A stretch of DNA of 64,000 bases from positions 80,414,001-80,478,000 of the forward strand of contig OX597819.1 in assembly GCA_951406725.2 (NCBI GenBank), in the 5' to 3' direction. Positions 28,859 to 41,843 of this stretch are shown here, piece after piece. A model generated the notes under the pieces. The model saw only the letters and a list, made by a program, of their open reading frames with translations, ran no database searches and was not told the origin of the DNA. The translations under genes were made by a program, and so were the position numbers. Within the stretch, counting starts at the first letter, position 1. Every line of letters starts with the position of its first letter. The stretch comes from Octopus vulgaris (lineage: Eukaryota).

Positions 28859-29367
28859 TTAACCCTGTAATATTCAAATTGCTTTATCAAATGTAATGCT
28901 TATGTATTCACATTGTATTAAATTTATTTCGTAGCTTCAAGATTTCGACCATATGTTTGTGTATTCTTAGAATGACATTGTAGGGTACATGTGGGAGACC
29001 AGATTTGACCACTTTGAATACAAAACTGCGGCGAGCTGGCTGAAACGTTAGCACGCTGGGCGAAATGCCTAGCGGTATTTCGTCTGCCGCTACGTTCTGA
29101 GTTCAAATTCCGCCAAGGTCGACTTTGCCTTTCATCCTTTCGGGGTCGATTAAATAAGTACCAGTTACGCACTGGGGTTGATATAATCGACTTAATCCGT
29201 TTGTCTGTCCTTGTTTGTCCTCTCTATGTTTAGCCCTTTGTGGGTAGTAAAGAAATAGGTATTTTGTCTGCTGCTATGTTCTTGTGGGTAGTAAAGTAAT
29301 ACGTTTGAGTATAAAACAGGTAGAATATTTAGGCCGGGTGTAGCCGGTTTGAATACTAAAAAGTTAA
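28859..29367 (+). mobile_element. piggyBac-like MITE (TTAA-bounded) interrupted by a SINE
   Basis: ttaaccctgtaatattca ... tgaatactaaaaagttaa. An inverted homolog lies at 27411-27613. The SINE insert has a 12/14 TSD (29013-29026 and 29304-29317). Confidence 0.6.
29027..29303 (+). mobile_element. SINE family B inserted in the piggyBac-like MITE
   Basis: Close to the family pattern, flanked by an imperfect 14-bp TSD. Confidence 0.85.
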
Positions 29368-29571
29368 AGAACTTATTAGGATAAAAAAGTTAAAGAACTT
29401 ATTAGGATAAATCGATTCCAGTAGTTACTTTTTTAAAAGTTTGGTGCTTATTCTATCGGTCTTCTTGGCAGAACCGTTAAGTTACGTAGACATAAACAAA
29501 CCAACATTGACTGTCAAGTAGTAGGAGGACAAGCACAAACACACACACACACACACACACACGCATACACA

Positions 29572-29623
<52 letters not shown>

Positions 29624-29903
29624 ATGCTCACACATATTATCTTTGTCGAGTCGGTCTCTTGCTACTTTGAGTTTCACCTGTGGGTATCTAGGGTTTTCAG
29701 GCATGCTATGTCTGAAAATAATGACGGAATTTGCACAGCGAGGCGTAGGAGTGGCTGTGTAGTAAGTAGCTTGCTTACCAACCACATGGTTCCGGGTTCA
29801 GTCCCACTGCGTGGCAACTTGGACAAGTGTCTTCTACTATAGCTTCGGGCCGACCAAAGCCTTGTGAGTGGATTTGGTAGACGGAGGCTGAAAGAACCCC
29901 GTC

Positions 29904-29942
<39 letters not shown>

Positions 29943-30072
29943 TTCAGCAAAATTTAGATTCAAATGAATATGGTACTTAAGTTAGATGCACCAGAACTTC
30001 GTATGGTGTTATACATATAAATCCATGGGGTGATTATAATCAAAATAAGCAACAAGAATAACTTCGGTAATT

Positions 30073-30156
30073 TGGTACGATCGTTTCACGCTACATCATT
30101 TTATTAAATATTGTAAGTATTACAACAGTTTCAAAATGTTGAGCAATCATTTGCCA
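30073..30156 (-). ncRNA. Degenerate hammerhead motif
   Basis: Minus strand: tgg-CAAATGA-(long imperfect stem II)-GAAA-cgatcg-TA-cca. The core is mutated relative to CTGATGA. Confidence 0.5.
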
Positions 30157-30201
30157 TTTATAGAGGTTTTCCATTAATACATAATTTTCATATTAATTGA
30201 T

Positions 30202-30239
<38 letters not shown>

Positions 30240-30292
30240 ATAAATATAAATATATATATATATGTGTGTGTGTGTGTGTATGTGTGTGTGTA

Positions 30293-30344
<52 letters not shown>

Positions 30345-30364
30345 TGCTTGTCCTCCTACCACTT

Positions 30365-30641
30365 GTCCTCCGGGTGTCAAGAGCAGTACATAGGCCAAAC
30401 AAAAAATGGTTTGCGTAAACGAATGGCCCTGCACAGATCCCAGATAAAAATTCCCCAAAACAGAAAAATAGCTTTTAGCCAACACATAGATACTTGCGCC
30501 AACAAAAAAACACCAAACTTCAGGATTTTCCCCCTCTACCAATTTAGGGACGATACAACCTCGAGACAACGAATAAGTAAAGAAAATCTCTTTATTACAA
30601 AATACAGGCCACTTCTTAACGGGTCTACGACAAACAATTAA
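30365..30641 (+). pseudogene. Penelope-like element GIY-YIG endonuclease, C-terminal fragment
   Basis: GCQEQYIGQTKNGLRKRMALH..HIDTC..KENLFITKYRPLLN contains YIG, the catalytic R and E, and the terminal LN. Confidence 0.85.
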
Positions 30642-31274
30642 TATACCTCAACTTTAGAATAAAAGAAATATATACACACACAAATATTACACTCCATAGA
30701 ATCCATTACTAATCAGCCCCATCACAGCTATACTTTCACCCATTCATATTCTCCCTTCTCTGTTTTTTTTTCTTCTTCCTCTTCTTCTTCATCATCATCA
30801 TTATCATCATCATCGTCGTCATCATCATCACCACCATCATCACCATCATCTTCTCCTTCTTCTTCTTCTTCTTCTTCTTCTTCTTCTTCATCATCATCAT
30901 CAACATCGTCATCTTCTTCTTCTTCTTCTACTTCTCCACCTTCTACCCCTTTAACCTTGTCACTAATGTCTTTCAGTATAATGCCTACGCAAATTCCATA
31001 AACAATTCCTGAATTGAACTGCGACTGCTGTCAGCCACTGACCATTCAAAATACGACCATCAAGGCATTCCCAGATTTCTCCACCCCCTCTCCACATCAG
31101 CCTCCTTATTCTTCACCTACCCTACCAAGAACTCACAACGACCTCGAACACACAAGTGCAAACAAGGGAGTCAGAGAAAGGCAGAATGCCACTTATATCT
31201 GAACACTACTATAGAAATATTCTTTTAAAAAAACTTTTCTTCTAATTTTTCTAAATTTAATTATTTAATCGTTA

Positions 31275-31312
31275 CAGTTGAAAAGGTCTCAAAATGACCG
31301 AAACCGGTACTG
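31275..31312 (+). ncRNA. Minimal type I hammerhead ribozyme (U3-A8 covariant core)
   Basis: cag-TTGAAAA-ggtc(tcaaaat)gacc-GAAA-ccgg-TA-ctg. Palindromic ACCGGT. Lies downstream of a GIY-YIG fragment. Confidence 0.8.
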
Positions 31313-31361
31313 AAAGATTCACTATAAAATTATCTTAGCATTTTCTATTTTTGACTTGTTT

Positions 31362-31419
<58 letters not shown>

Positions 31420-31717
31420 ATGTGTGTGTATGCTTGTGTGTCTGTTTTTGTCTCCCCAACATCACTTGACAACCGATGCTGGTGTGTTTACGTCTCCGTA
31501 ATTTTGCGGTTCGGCAAAAGAGACCGATAGAGTAAGTACTAAGCTTACAAATGAGATTCTTAACAACACTGCCATGTCTACGCCAAAAGACAAAGAAATA
31601 TAGTTGATTAAATTTGTCCCATTACATAACGGAGACTTATTTAATGAAAAAGCCAGGAGACAATGAACAGCAATGATGACACGGAGATACCACAGAAAGT
31701 AAAACAACCTAGTTTTA

Positions 31718-31898
31718 CGATGGCGTGCAAAAAATTTCCTGATTTTAAGGGTATCGCGAAAGGCCTGGTTCGGGGCTCAACCTTCGGAGTTTTTTTTACA
31801 GGGCTTAGAAAAACTAAAGGATCGCTGCAATGAGTGTGTGAATCTGAGTAGGGTATTTTCTTTTACTCAAAGTCAAGAACTTTTCAGCATATATCTCA
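31718..31898 (+). mobile_element. Short mariner-derived non-autonomous element (different family)
   Basis: Degenerate TIRs after TA. The interior resembles a mariner C-terminus (KLKDRCNECVNL). Confidence 0.45.
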
Positions 31899-31899
31899 A

Positions 31900-32210
31900 G
31901 TTACCTGTTAAGTACTGCGTGCATACAATCAGCCGAGCTCTTGCTTCTGATCCTGTCGTTCATGTCGTCAGTCCACATGTGTCTTTGGTGACTTCTTTCT
32001 CTCTTTCACTCCACACTTTCTGTTATGATGCTATTGAGCAATGGCACATTGCGCTTCGAGTGTCCAAAATGCGAAAGATTTCTGGAATTACTTCTACAGC
32101 AGGTGTCTTTGGATATCAACTTTTCTAGGACTACAGCGTTTGTTATTCTGTCTTCCAAGCTTACTCTAGTCAATCTACGAAAGATCCACAACCCAAAACA
32201 CATATATATT
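31900..32210 (-). pseudogene. RTE-group LINE 3' remnant
   Basis: WIFRRLTRVSLEDRITNAVVLEKL..LSHFGHSKR..IITESVE, then a WTDD motif. Confidence 0.65.
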
Positions 32211-32324
32211 CTTGTATCAATATACTTATACAGAAGATACTGACTGTGGGTCGAGTGTTCGGTACATTGGCATTTATCGAAGTTTGGTATGTAACAATGC
32301 ACTCTGACATTCCTACAGATAATA

Positions 32325-32630
32325 GTAATAATAATGGTTTCACGTNNNNNNNNNNNNNNNNNNNNNNNNNNNNNNNNNNNNNNNNNNNNNNNNNNNNNNN
32401 NNNNNNNNNNNNNNNNNNNNNNNNNNNNNNNNNNNNNNNNNNNNNCACGTTTTGGCACAAGGCCAGCAATTTTTTAAGTGAGTGGGGAAGTTGATTAGAT
32501 TGACATCGGTACGTGACGGGTATTTATTTTATCGATCACAGAAGAATGAAATACAAAGACGACCACAACGGAATTAGAGCTCAGAACGTAAAGACGGACA
32601 AAATGCCGCTAAGCATTTTATCCGGGGGAG
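32325..32630 (-). mobile_element. SINE family B spanning the N gap
   Basis: The SINE tail sequence is continuous across the gap. Confidence 0.7.
32346..32445. other. Assembly gap (100 N)
   Basis: Run of N. Confidence 0.99.
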
Positions 32631-32688
32631 GGGGGGCTAATGGTTGCGAAAGATAGACAGACACACACACACAGTTAGATGGACAGAT

Positions 32689-32775
<87 letters not shown>

Positions 32776-32930
32776 GGGAGGGTGAGAGAAAGAGAGAGAA
32801 AATACTTCGCTACATCATGTAGGATATAGTCTACTGTGTATTATATATACATATACATATACATATGTGTATGTGTATGTGTGTATGATGCTATATGATT
32901 TAGGTATACATGTATTCATATAGATAGATC

Positions 32931-32998
<68 letters not shown>

Positions 32999-33734
32999 TA
33001 TCATATTTATGCACATTATATTAGATACATATGAATAAATTTACATATGTTTGTGTGAATATATATTTCCATATATATGTGCTTGTGTATATAAATATAT
33101 TTACATACGTATGAGTGTATGTATATATTTTTCATGCATTTGTATATATATATAAATATATTACATATATATAAATATACATCTACACATTCACACACAG
33201 ACACAGTCACCCACCACTCACACACATATATACACATTCATACACCCATATATACATAACACCTATATATACATACACGCCATTATATCATACGTTATTA
33301 TTTATATGTATCGTATTGCTAGCTTCAAACTAAAACTTTCTCAGAGAAATTTCACGCATTGCTAACAACGAAAATTTGTACAATTAACGAAGGGCTTCTG
33401 TTATTTTGCATCTGTTTGTCTTTCTTCCGTTACTGGCAGAATTGAATCTTATTTAAAATTTCCCTGCATCTATCAGAATGCTATCAAAGGTATATTTCTT
33501 TTATTCAATGGCTTATGTATACGTTTTGTTAGTTTTTTTTGTTAATTTTTTTTTTGTCTTCACATTTTAATAAGGATTTTATTTTGCTATGTGCGAATGC
33601 GTACACATGTTCATATACAGAGATGAGTATGTGGGTTTATGAAAACTTTATGAAATTTTATGTATACTTACGGATATATATAGGTACATGTATGTATGTA
33701 TGCATGTATGTATATCAATATATATATATGTATA

Positions 33735-33790
<56 letters not shown>

Positions 33791-33890
33791 CATATGAATA
33801 TTCGCAGATATGTAATTTATTCTAATTGTATAAACATATATACATATATATGCATATATATATGTATATATGCATATATGTATATATGCA

Positions 33891-33932
<42 letters not shown>

Positions 33933-34227
33933 GATATATATATGTATATATATGTATATATATATATATATGTAGATATATATATGTATATATATGTATA
34001 TATATATGTATGTAGATATATATATGTATATATATGTATATATGTATGTATATATATGTATATATATATGTATGTATATATATGTATATATATGTATATA
34101 TATATGTATATATATATATGTGTGTGTATATATATAAATAGATATAGATAGATAGATACAGATACATTTAAATCAGCGTATAAAATACATATATATATAT
34201 AATCACGTTTGTAATTATTGATAAATG

Positions 34228-34279
<52 letters not shown>

Positions 34280-34992
34280 GTATGTACACATACCATTACA
34301 CACATACTCACGCACATGCATACAATCTCGTACGTTCATATATATATTATATATATTATATAGCTGTGTATGTGTGTGTGTATACATATAGATATATATG
34401 CAGTATGCATACCTACGGACATACATACTTGCATACACACGATCAAAACTTACATTAATACACACACACACTCACACACGCCTGCACATTAATACACACA
34501 CACACACACATATTTAACGCACATGATATGACAGAGGTGATGTAAAACGGTGGCTTCGATATATATTCATAAAACATTCACGCTTGGTTGACTTTGACTT
34601 GAAATTAATCAACTTTTCTGCATGGTTGACTTCAACTTGCAGTTAAATGTAGAAAAATGCAATTTTTGAAGAAGTCGAAATGACAACCATGCAATTTTGA
34701 GGTCTTCGACGGTGCCGAGTTGCCGTCTGTTGTGTTTTGCTGTTTTTTTGTTTTTTTTGCTATTGTGTTATACTCTGTTTTGGTTGTTCATTTTCTAAAT
34801 TTTTTTCTCTCATGCCAAGTGACGTCATAGTTACTTATGGCGTTCTGAACAATTAGGTCAGCTGTCATGACTGGTCGCAAGTTCGAGATGTGCTCCTTCC
34901 TGTTAGTTTCTTGTTTCTTTTCGGGCGCTGGAGGTGGGGGTGGATTTTGCATATTTCATTTTCTTTTTGTATTATGAATGTGTATGTGCGCG

Positions 34993-35024
<32 letters not shown>

Positions 35025-35418
35025 TATATTTGCACAAAGAGAGATAGGACACTCACACGCTTGCACACACACACATACACACGCGCATGCACATATTGTG
35101 GGTGTCTTGTCCTGTTTACCATAATTGAAAAGTGTGTTGAAAATTCGTTTGAAACGGGTACCATACACATACACACATATACTAAGTATATGTGATTGTG
35201 TGTGTGTGTGTGCGCGCGCGCGTGCGTGCGTTCGTGTTTGTGCGTTTGCATGCGTTTGTATGTACGTGTATGTGAGCATATATATATATATATATGTGTG
35301 TATATATATATATATTCATATATATATATATATATCCAGATATATGCATGTTTATATATATGCATGCACACACATACATACATACATACATACATACATA
35401 CATACATACATACATACA

Positions 35419-35453
<35 letters not shown>

Positions 35454-36704
35454 GGCTATAAAAATAAGTATATAAAATCTCAGAATGTCAGGATTGGTAA
35501 ATATCTACAAATGTTTCGTAGCTAGAACAATGTTTGTGTTTGTTGCGTAACTTGTAACACACATAAATCCTGCTTAGCTAATCTTCAGGTCGTATTACCT
35601 TCAAGTTATTTAGTGAAGTCTTTTTTATCGTATATTGTCCCGCTTCTGTCATCTATACTAGCAGAATACATAGTTGAAGCTTCCAAATTTCTTACATCAG
35701 AAATCTTTGGATTGTACTAACATATTATATAAGTGTGTGTTTGGTGTGTGTGTCTGTGTGTCTGCTTATATATGCATACAAACATTTATATGTATGTATG
35801 TGGGTGTCTGTCTGTTTATATATGAATGCACACATGTGTGTATGCGCGCGCGTGTGTTAAAGGCAAATTGAAGCTAATCAGTTTTATTTGTCTCTGATGT
35901 GCGTTTCTGTTTTGGCTGTTGCTGCTGTTCTTCTGTTTCGTCTTTTTTATATAACAAAAGTTCATATTTGACGATGCAGACGGTGTTGTTGTGTCTACCC
36001 CGCCTTTCTTTCACACTCAGTATATCCAACAGTACGTTATTGAGAATGTCATGCAAATTTGTATTCACATTTTTTTATCATTTTATTTGTTTGGGAAAAT
36101 GTCATTTGGTTTTTGTTTTGAGTGAAATTTAGTTGTTACTTCTACCACATCAGGCACCAGGAAGTGATTCTTCTGTTGCTTCATACTCTTGTTCTTCCGT
36201 TATCGAGCAAATCCATGAGCAAAAGTATCCTGGTGTTTGGCATGCTTCAAGAATCTGTCGCGAATATTTCCTGCGACATTCTTCTAATCTTATGTCTGGA
36301 TTGCCACAGCAGTGGCTCAACCCGGAGTAGCTCAACCTGCAGTGGCTCTTTGATCTCCAAGCTTCGCATCTTGTGGAGTAAGCTTTTCGGTGGTGGACTT
36401 CGACAGTAATGCGTATTGTCACCTCACCTTTTCATAACTTTTATGAACTTGCTTGACATGCACAGTCGCTGTCGAAATCGAATTACGATTCTCGGGTGCA
36501 GAAACGGTCGGCAGATATTTGCAGAAAGCATGGTAGAACTTCACTCATCAAAAGGGGATCTAAAGCATGCATTAAACGGGTTCATTGCCAAGTGATACAA
36601 GACAAGAACATTGGTCCGCTGAGGAAAGTTTTCCCCGTGCTTACTAATACATCACTGATACATAAGATATTAGAATATACTTAATTCTTTAAATATCATA
36701 TAGC

Positions 36705-36860
36705 TCTTTACTCTTTTACTCTTTTACTTGTTTCAGTCATCTGACTGTGGCCATGCTGGTGTACCACCTTTATCTTTTACCGAACCGCTAAGTTACGGGG
36801 ACGTAAACGCACCAGTATCGGTTGTCAAGCAATGTTGGAGGGACAAACACAGATGCACAA

Positions 36861-36929
<69 letters not shown>

Positions 36930-37093
36930 TACGACGGGCTTCTTTCAGTTTCCCTCTACCAAATCCACTCACAAGGTTTGGTCGGCCCGAGGCTATAGTA
37001 GAAGACACTTGCTCAAGGTCCTACGCAAAGGGATTGAACCCGGAACCATGTGGTTGGTAAGCAAGCTACTTACCACACAACCACTCCTACGCC
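36705..37093 (-). mobile_element. SINE family A
   Basis: Reverse complement with a short internal deletion. Confidence 0.82.
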
Positions 37094-37193
37094 CATGCCT
37101 GTTTCTCATTTATATTCCCATCGTTCTTATACGAATTGCTGTTCGACAAAGACAAAACACCTGTATGATACAGACTTACTTAGTATTTGTTTA

Positions 37194-37360
37194 CGAGATC
37201 GTATCAAAAAGTACTCGGACTAGTTCTGTAGCGTGCCAACAGATGGCAGCACACGGTGTGATCACGTGTATGCTGTAATCTGCAGTTTTGTCATGGACAG
37301 GAACAAAGAGCTAACGGGAAATTTTGCGTTAAAATTGGTAAGTCTGCCACAGAAACATTA
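37194..37360 (+). mobile_element. 5' fragment of the same mariner family
   Basis: TA + cgagatcgtatcaaaaagtactcggactagtt matches the left TIR at 54168 and continues to atggacag..gaacaaagagc..aagtctgccacagaaacatt. Confidence 0.75.
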
Positions 37361-37540
37361 TCTCTCTCTTTCTCTCTTTTTCTCTCTATGTATCTATCTA
37401 TCTATCTAGTTATCTATTTATCTATTTATTTATACCTACATATAATACATACGTACATACAAACATACATGCATAGATACATGCATACAAATACGTATTT
37501 ATATTTATATACATCTATATATAGAGAGAGAGTGGGAGGA

Positions 37541-37584
<44 letters not shown>

Positions 37585-38244
37585 TGACAGACAGACAGGT
37601 ATACAGACAGACAGATAGACGAACGGACGAATGGACGGACGGGCAGACAAACAGACAGAAATGCTTTCATACAAACATGTGTGCATACGTGGAGATCATG
37701 CACTGTTTCCGTCTTCCAAATTCCAGCATAGAGTGGGTGACACTTACCCAAGGTGCCACATAGTGAGACGGAATGCGGAGCTACATGGCCGCCAAACAAG
37801 CGTCTTGTCTATACATGTTTATATTACTTTTATACATACGTCACTTTCATATTACACATTATATCATCATATATGTGATTATGTCACCTTCATACTGTTA
37901 TTCAAGTATATATCATTTTAATAGATAATCGTTATATTGTGAAATTTATTGACAGTATGTCAGTCATTTTAGACTGAATCGAAAATATATGTATTGCCAA
38001 TTTAAATATATATCATATTGATTTCTTAAGCGTCTCTGGTTCTAAAATATTATTGCTGTTGTTCATGATGATAATGATGATGATGTTTTTGTTGTTGTTT
38101 TTGTTGCTATGTGAGTCGTTCATGTTATTTTCTTGACTATTAATGTCTCTTTTGAGAGTTGATGTTTTATATTATATATTGTAATATACATTACAACATA
38201 ATACACACACATAGAGAAAGACACACACATACACACATACACAT

Positions 38245-38337
<93 letters not shown>

Positions 38338-38797
38338 CAGCGTTGACCAAAAGTCACCAGACAGTAAAGCAAAACCATTTAATTCCAAGATTAAAACAAA
38401 AAAGTATTTTATATGAAACTTCGCTAATAAATAGACAAATGTTGAAAAAACAACAGTGATTTTAACCCACACCATTCAATTATTAAACCTTCATCATTGG
38501 AATGAATAAATAAAATTGAATATTATGTATTTATGGAATTTTGATTTACTATCGGGTAACCTTTGGCCAACCCAGTGTGTGTGTGTTTAAATATACATAC
38601 ATATACATATATATATATATATATATCTGAAGACGCGTGGTCTAGTGGTGAAGGTGTTGTATTCACGATCGGAAGATCGTGGTCTCGAACCCGGACCCGC
38701 GTTGCATTATGCTGTTGACTTAAATACTTCATTTCACTTTGCTTCCAGTCCACTCAGCTCTGTGTCACCAACCCTTCGACGTACTGGAGTCCCGTTC

Positions 38798-39338
38798 GCG
38801 AAAATTTTCTCATGAGAGTTCCGGAACCTAGTTATGAACTCATTTGCCTACACCCAATCAGAGCTCAGCTATCAAACTAACTTATGAGCACATTACAAGT
38901 AATGAGCGATAAGATAAGGTCACTTGGGTAAGAAATGACCATACTTCTTTTCACTTTTAAGATTGCATGTTGGTCTTGTCCTTGTCTCAACCATGACTGC
39001 CCCTGGGTAGTTATTTGCGTTGTTTACTTTGTAAAACAGTAAGGAGAGAGGGTTGCTTGCACATCACCCTTTACCCATATTTTCCCCATCCTCATCTTTA
39101 CGATATGCGACCCTAACAAAATTCGATGATAGGTACAGATGCAAATCTATGTAGTTACTTGTCTCCTTCTAAAATCAGGCATAACTTGGCGATCGGTCGA
39201 CTACACTGTTCTTCGTCTTGAGTTTACTTGGTAGGGCGTGTTTGTTAACTTGACAACAAGGTCAAGGTGAGCTCTGATTAGATGTATGCAAATGAGTTCA
39301 TTACTGAGGTCCGGAACTCACGTAGGGAAAAAATTCGT
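38798..39338. mobile_element. MITE with imperfect TIRs of about 70 bp and a 9-bp TSD (MULE-like)
   Basis: Arms 38798-38867 and 39270-39338 are inverted. The direct repeat gtcccgttc lies at 38789-38797 and 39339-39347. Confidence 0.72.
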
Positions 39339-39730
39339 GTCCCGTTCAGCGTTGCAGGCATGTTGGCATATCTGCCTAGCCAGTAGGATGGCATCTTTCG
39401 AAAATTAAAACAATGCGTGGAAGCGCATTGTGAGCAATGGTGTGTAACAACACCCGACAGTCTGGTCAATGTAGTCAGGGCAGGTCAGATATGGCAGCAT
39501 GTACTCTTGTAGCATGTCGCTGCATCCAGCATTTCTCAGTATTTGCTCGAGTTACTTCAGACAACCCTCCTAGAAAAATCTCAGCCAATCTCCGTCTCTG
39601 TGAGATATTTCCTCATTCGCCGTGACCATTTGGCATGTGAACGCCCAAATGAACCGTTACCCCAACCAGATCCTCTTGACAAGAGGAGATGATATGTAGG
39701 ATCGAACTCAGAAAGTCGACACAGTGATGG

Positions 39731-40140
39731 CTTTTATCTTTTGCTTATTTTAATCATTAGACTGCGGCCATGCAGGGGCACCACCTTGAAAAATTTTTTA
39801 GTCGAATGAATACGCCCCAGTACTTCCTTTTTTTTTTAAGCCTGGTATTTATTCCGTCGGTTTCTTTTGCTGAACTGCTAAATTAAGGGGACGTAAGGAC
39901 ACCAACACCAGTCGTCAAGAGGTAGAGGGGACACACTCAGAAACAAAGACGCACGCACACACATGTGTGTGTATAAATATACGACGGGCTTCTTTCAGTT
40001 TCCGTCTACCAAATCCAGTCATAATGCTTTGGTCGGCCCGCGGCTATAAGTAGAAGACACTTGCCCAAAGTACCATGCAGTGGGAGTGAACTTGGAACCA
40101 TGTAATTGAAAAGCAAGTTTCCTACATACTGCTACGACTG
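39731..40140 (-). mobile_element. SINE family A, diverged
   Basis: Reverse-complement similarity throughout. Confidence 0.75.
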
Positions 40141-40148
40141 TATCTATT

Positions 40149-40219
<71 letters not shown>

Positions 40220-40706
40220 TGTATATATATATATATATATATATTTATACACACACACATTTATAGGCCCGCAAATGTCAAGATTAACCATACATGTGCA
40301 AGCCTGTACAAGAGTTTTGGAGAAGTGCTGCAACTTACCATACATTAAAGTTTCCCTTCTCTATGTTAATATATAGTTAAATGATGACTTGCTTATCCTA
40401 CAAGTAGAAGACATCCGAAGGTGCGACATAACAGCTACCAAACACCAACATGAAATTTACTGTCATGGTAACTATTGCAGAATGGTTGGTTCTGACAGAA
40501 CATCCAGCATTAAGTGGGTATAGACATTACCTCTCGGTATCACAACTGCCTCCATCTCTGATGAGCAGAAGTAACACTGAAAACCAAAAAACAACAGAAC
40601 ACGAAGATGAAGAAGAAGAAGTAGAAGAAGAAGAAAAAAAGAAGAACGACAACAACAACAAGAAAAGCCTCTACTACAACAATACCGTTGATACTACTAC
40701 TACTAC

Positions 40707-40757
<51 letters not shown>

Positions 40758-40921
40758 GGAGGAAGCACCAGCCTTGACAGCGGCTGGACGTGTTCCTCAC
40801 TGCTCTGACAGTTCGGTGGCCGAAAGCCATAGAAACACTAATATGGGCCAGTTTAGCAACGGGGAAAAATAACTCTCAAAGACTGGAACATCTACAATAC
40901 CTCGTGAGTATTTGAAATTCT

Positions 40922-41843
40922 CTTCAAAGTGGGTTAAGAAATTTACAAATTTACGTATCTACAGCTTTCAAACATACATCCGATCGGCTTTAAAAACTTT
41001 AATACCCACAACTGCCTCTGTAAGCACCCTTTTTTCTTTCTTTCTTTTTTTTTCTTCTCTCTAAAAACATCACGCTTTTCTTTTTTTTTCTTTTTGTAGA
41101 CTTGCAAAACCCTAAAACTTTCTATGAATATCTGACTTTTCTTTGCTTCCTCCCAGAATATTCAAATATAAATGTAAACATATACTTTTTATTGCAAAAA
41201 CACACCTGTTCTTCTAACTGGACATACAAACATCTCTAGAGGGGTCAACTTCAACCTCCAAAATATTACCTTGCACGAAATATACAAACACTTTTTATTG
41301 CAATAACACAAACGCACATGGAAAAAATAATGATGCTAAGATTCTCTCTGGTCGAACACAGCTTCTCTATTCACAAATAATACAGAACAGCCCTTCAAAA
41401 TAAGTTAAGAAAATTTACAAATTTACATATCTACAGTTTTCAATCATACATTCGACCAGCTTTAAAAACTTTGATACCCACAATTGCCTCTGTAAACATC
41501 CTTTTTTTTTCTTCTCTCTAAAAACATCACGCTTTTCTTTTTGTGGACTTTCAAAACCGTAAAACTTTCTATGAAAATCTGACTTTTCTTTGGTTCCTCC
41601 CTGAATATTCAAATTTAAATGTAAACATATACTTTTTATTGCAAAAACACACCTGTTCTTCTAACTGGACATACAAACATCTCTAGAAAAGTCAACTTCA
41701 ACCTCCACAATATTACCTTACACGAAATATACAAACACTTTTTATTGCAATAACACAAACGCACATGGAAAAAAAAAATGATGATGCTAAGATTCTCTCT
41801 GGTCGAACACAACTTCTCTATTCACAAACAATACAGAACAGCC
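40922..41843. repeat. Tandem duplication, two diverged copies of a 450-470 bp unit
   Basis: Copy 1 is 40922-41392 and copy 2 is 41393-41843. Both run from cttcaaa..gttaagaaa..tttacaaatttac to ..aatacagaacagcc. Confidence 0.9.

Larger units (their letters stand above)
30365..31366 (+). mobile_element. 5'-truncated Penelope-like element (EN end + pLTR with hammerhead)
   Basis: GIY-YIG tail, then 3' non-coding sequence, a hammerhead at 31275-31312, and an end in (TA)n. Confidence 0.75.
29742..31560 (+). mobile_element. SINE family A split by PLE insertions
   Basis: 5' half at 29742-29905 and 3' half at about 31430-31560. Confidence 0.72.

Noticed and set aside
36120-36480. Possible mariner remnant or host exon
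   Set aside because: Only a weak ILLLMDLLDNGRT-like patch, with no TIRs or convincing splice context.
40450-40872. 140-aa ORF upstream of R4 as an ORF1
   Set aside because: Mostly GAA/AAT repeats with no domain, and R4 elements have a single ORF.
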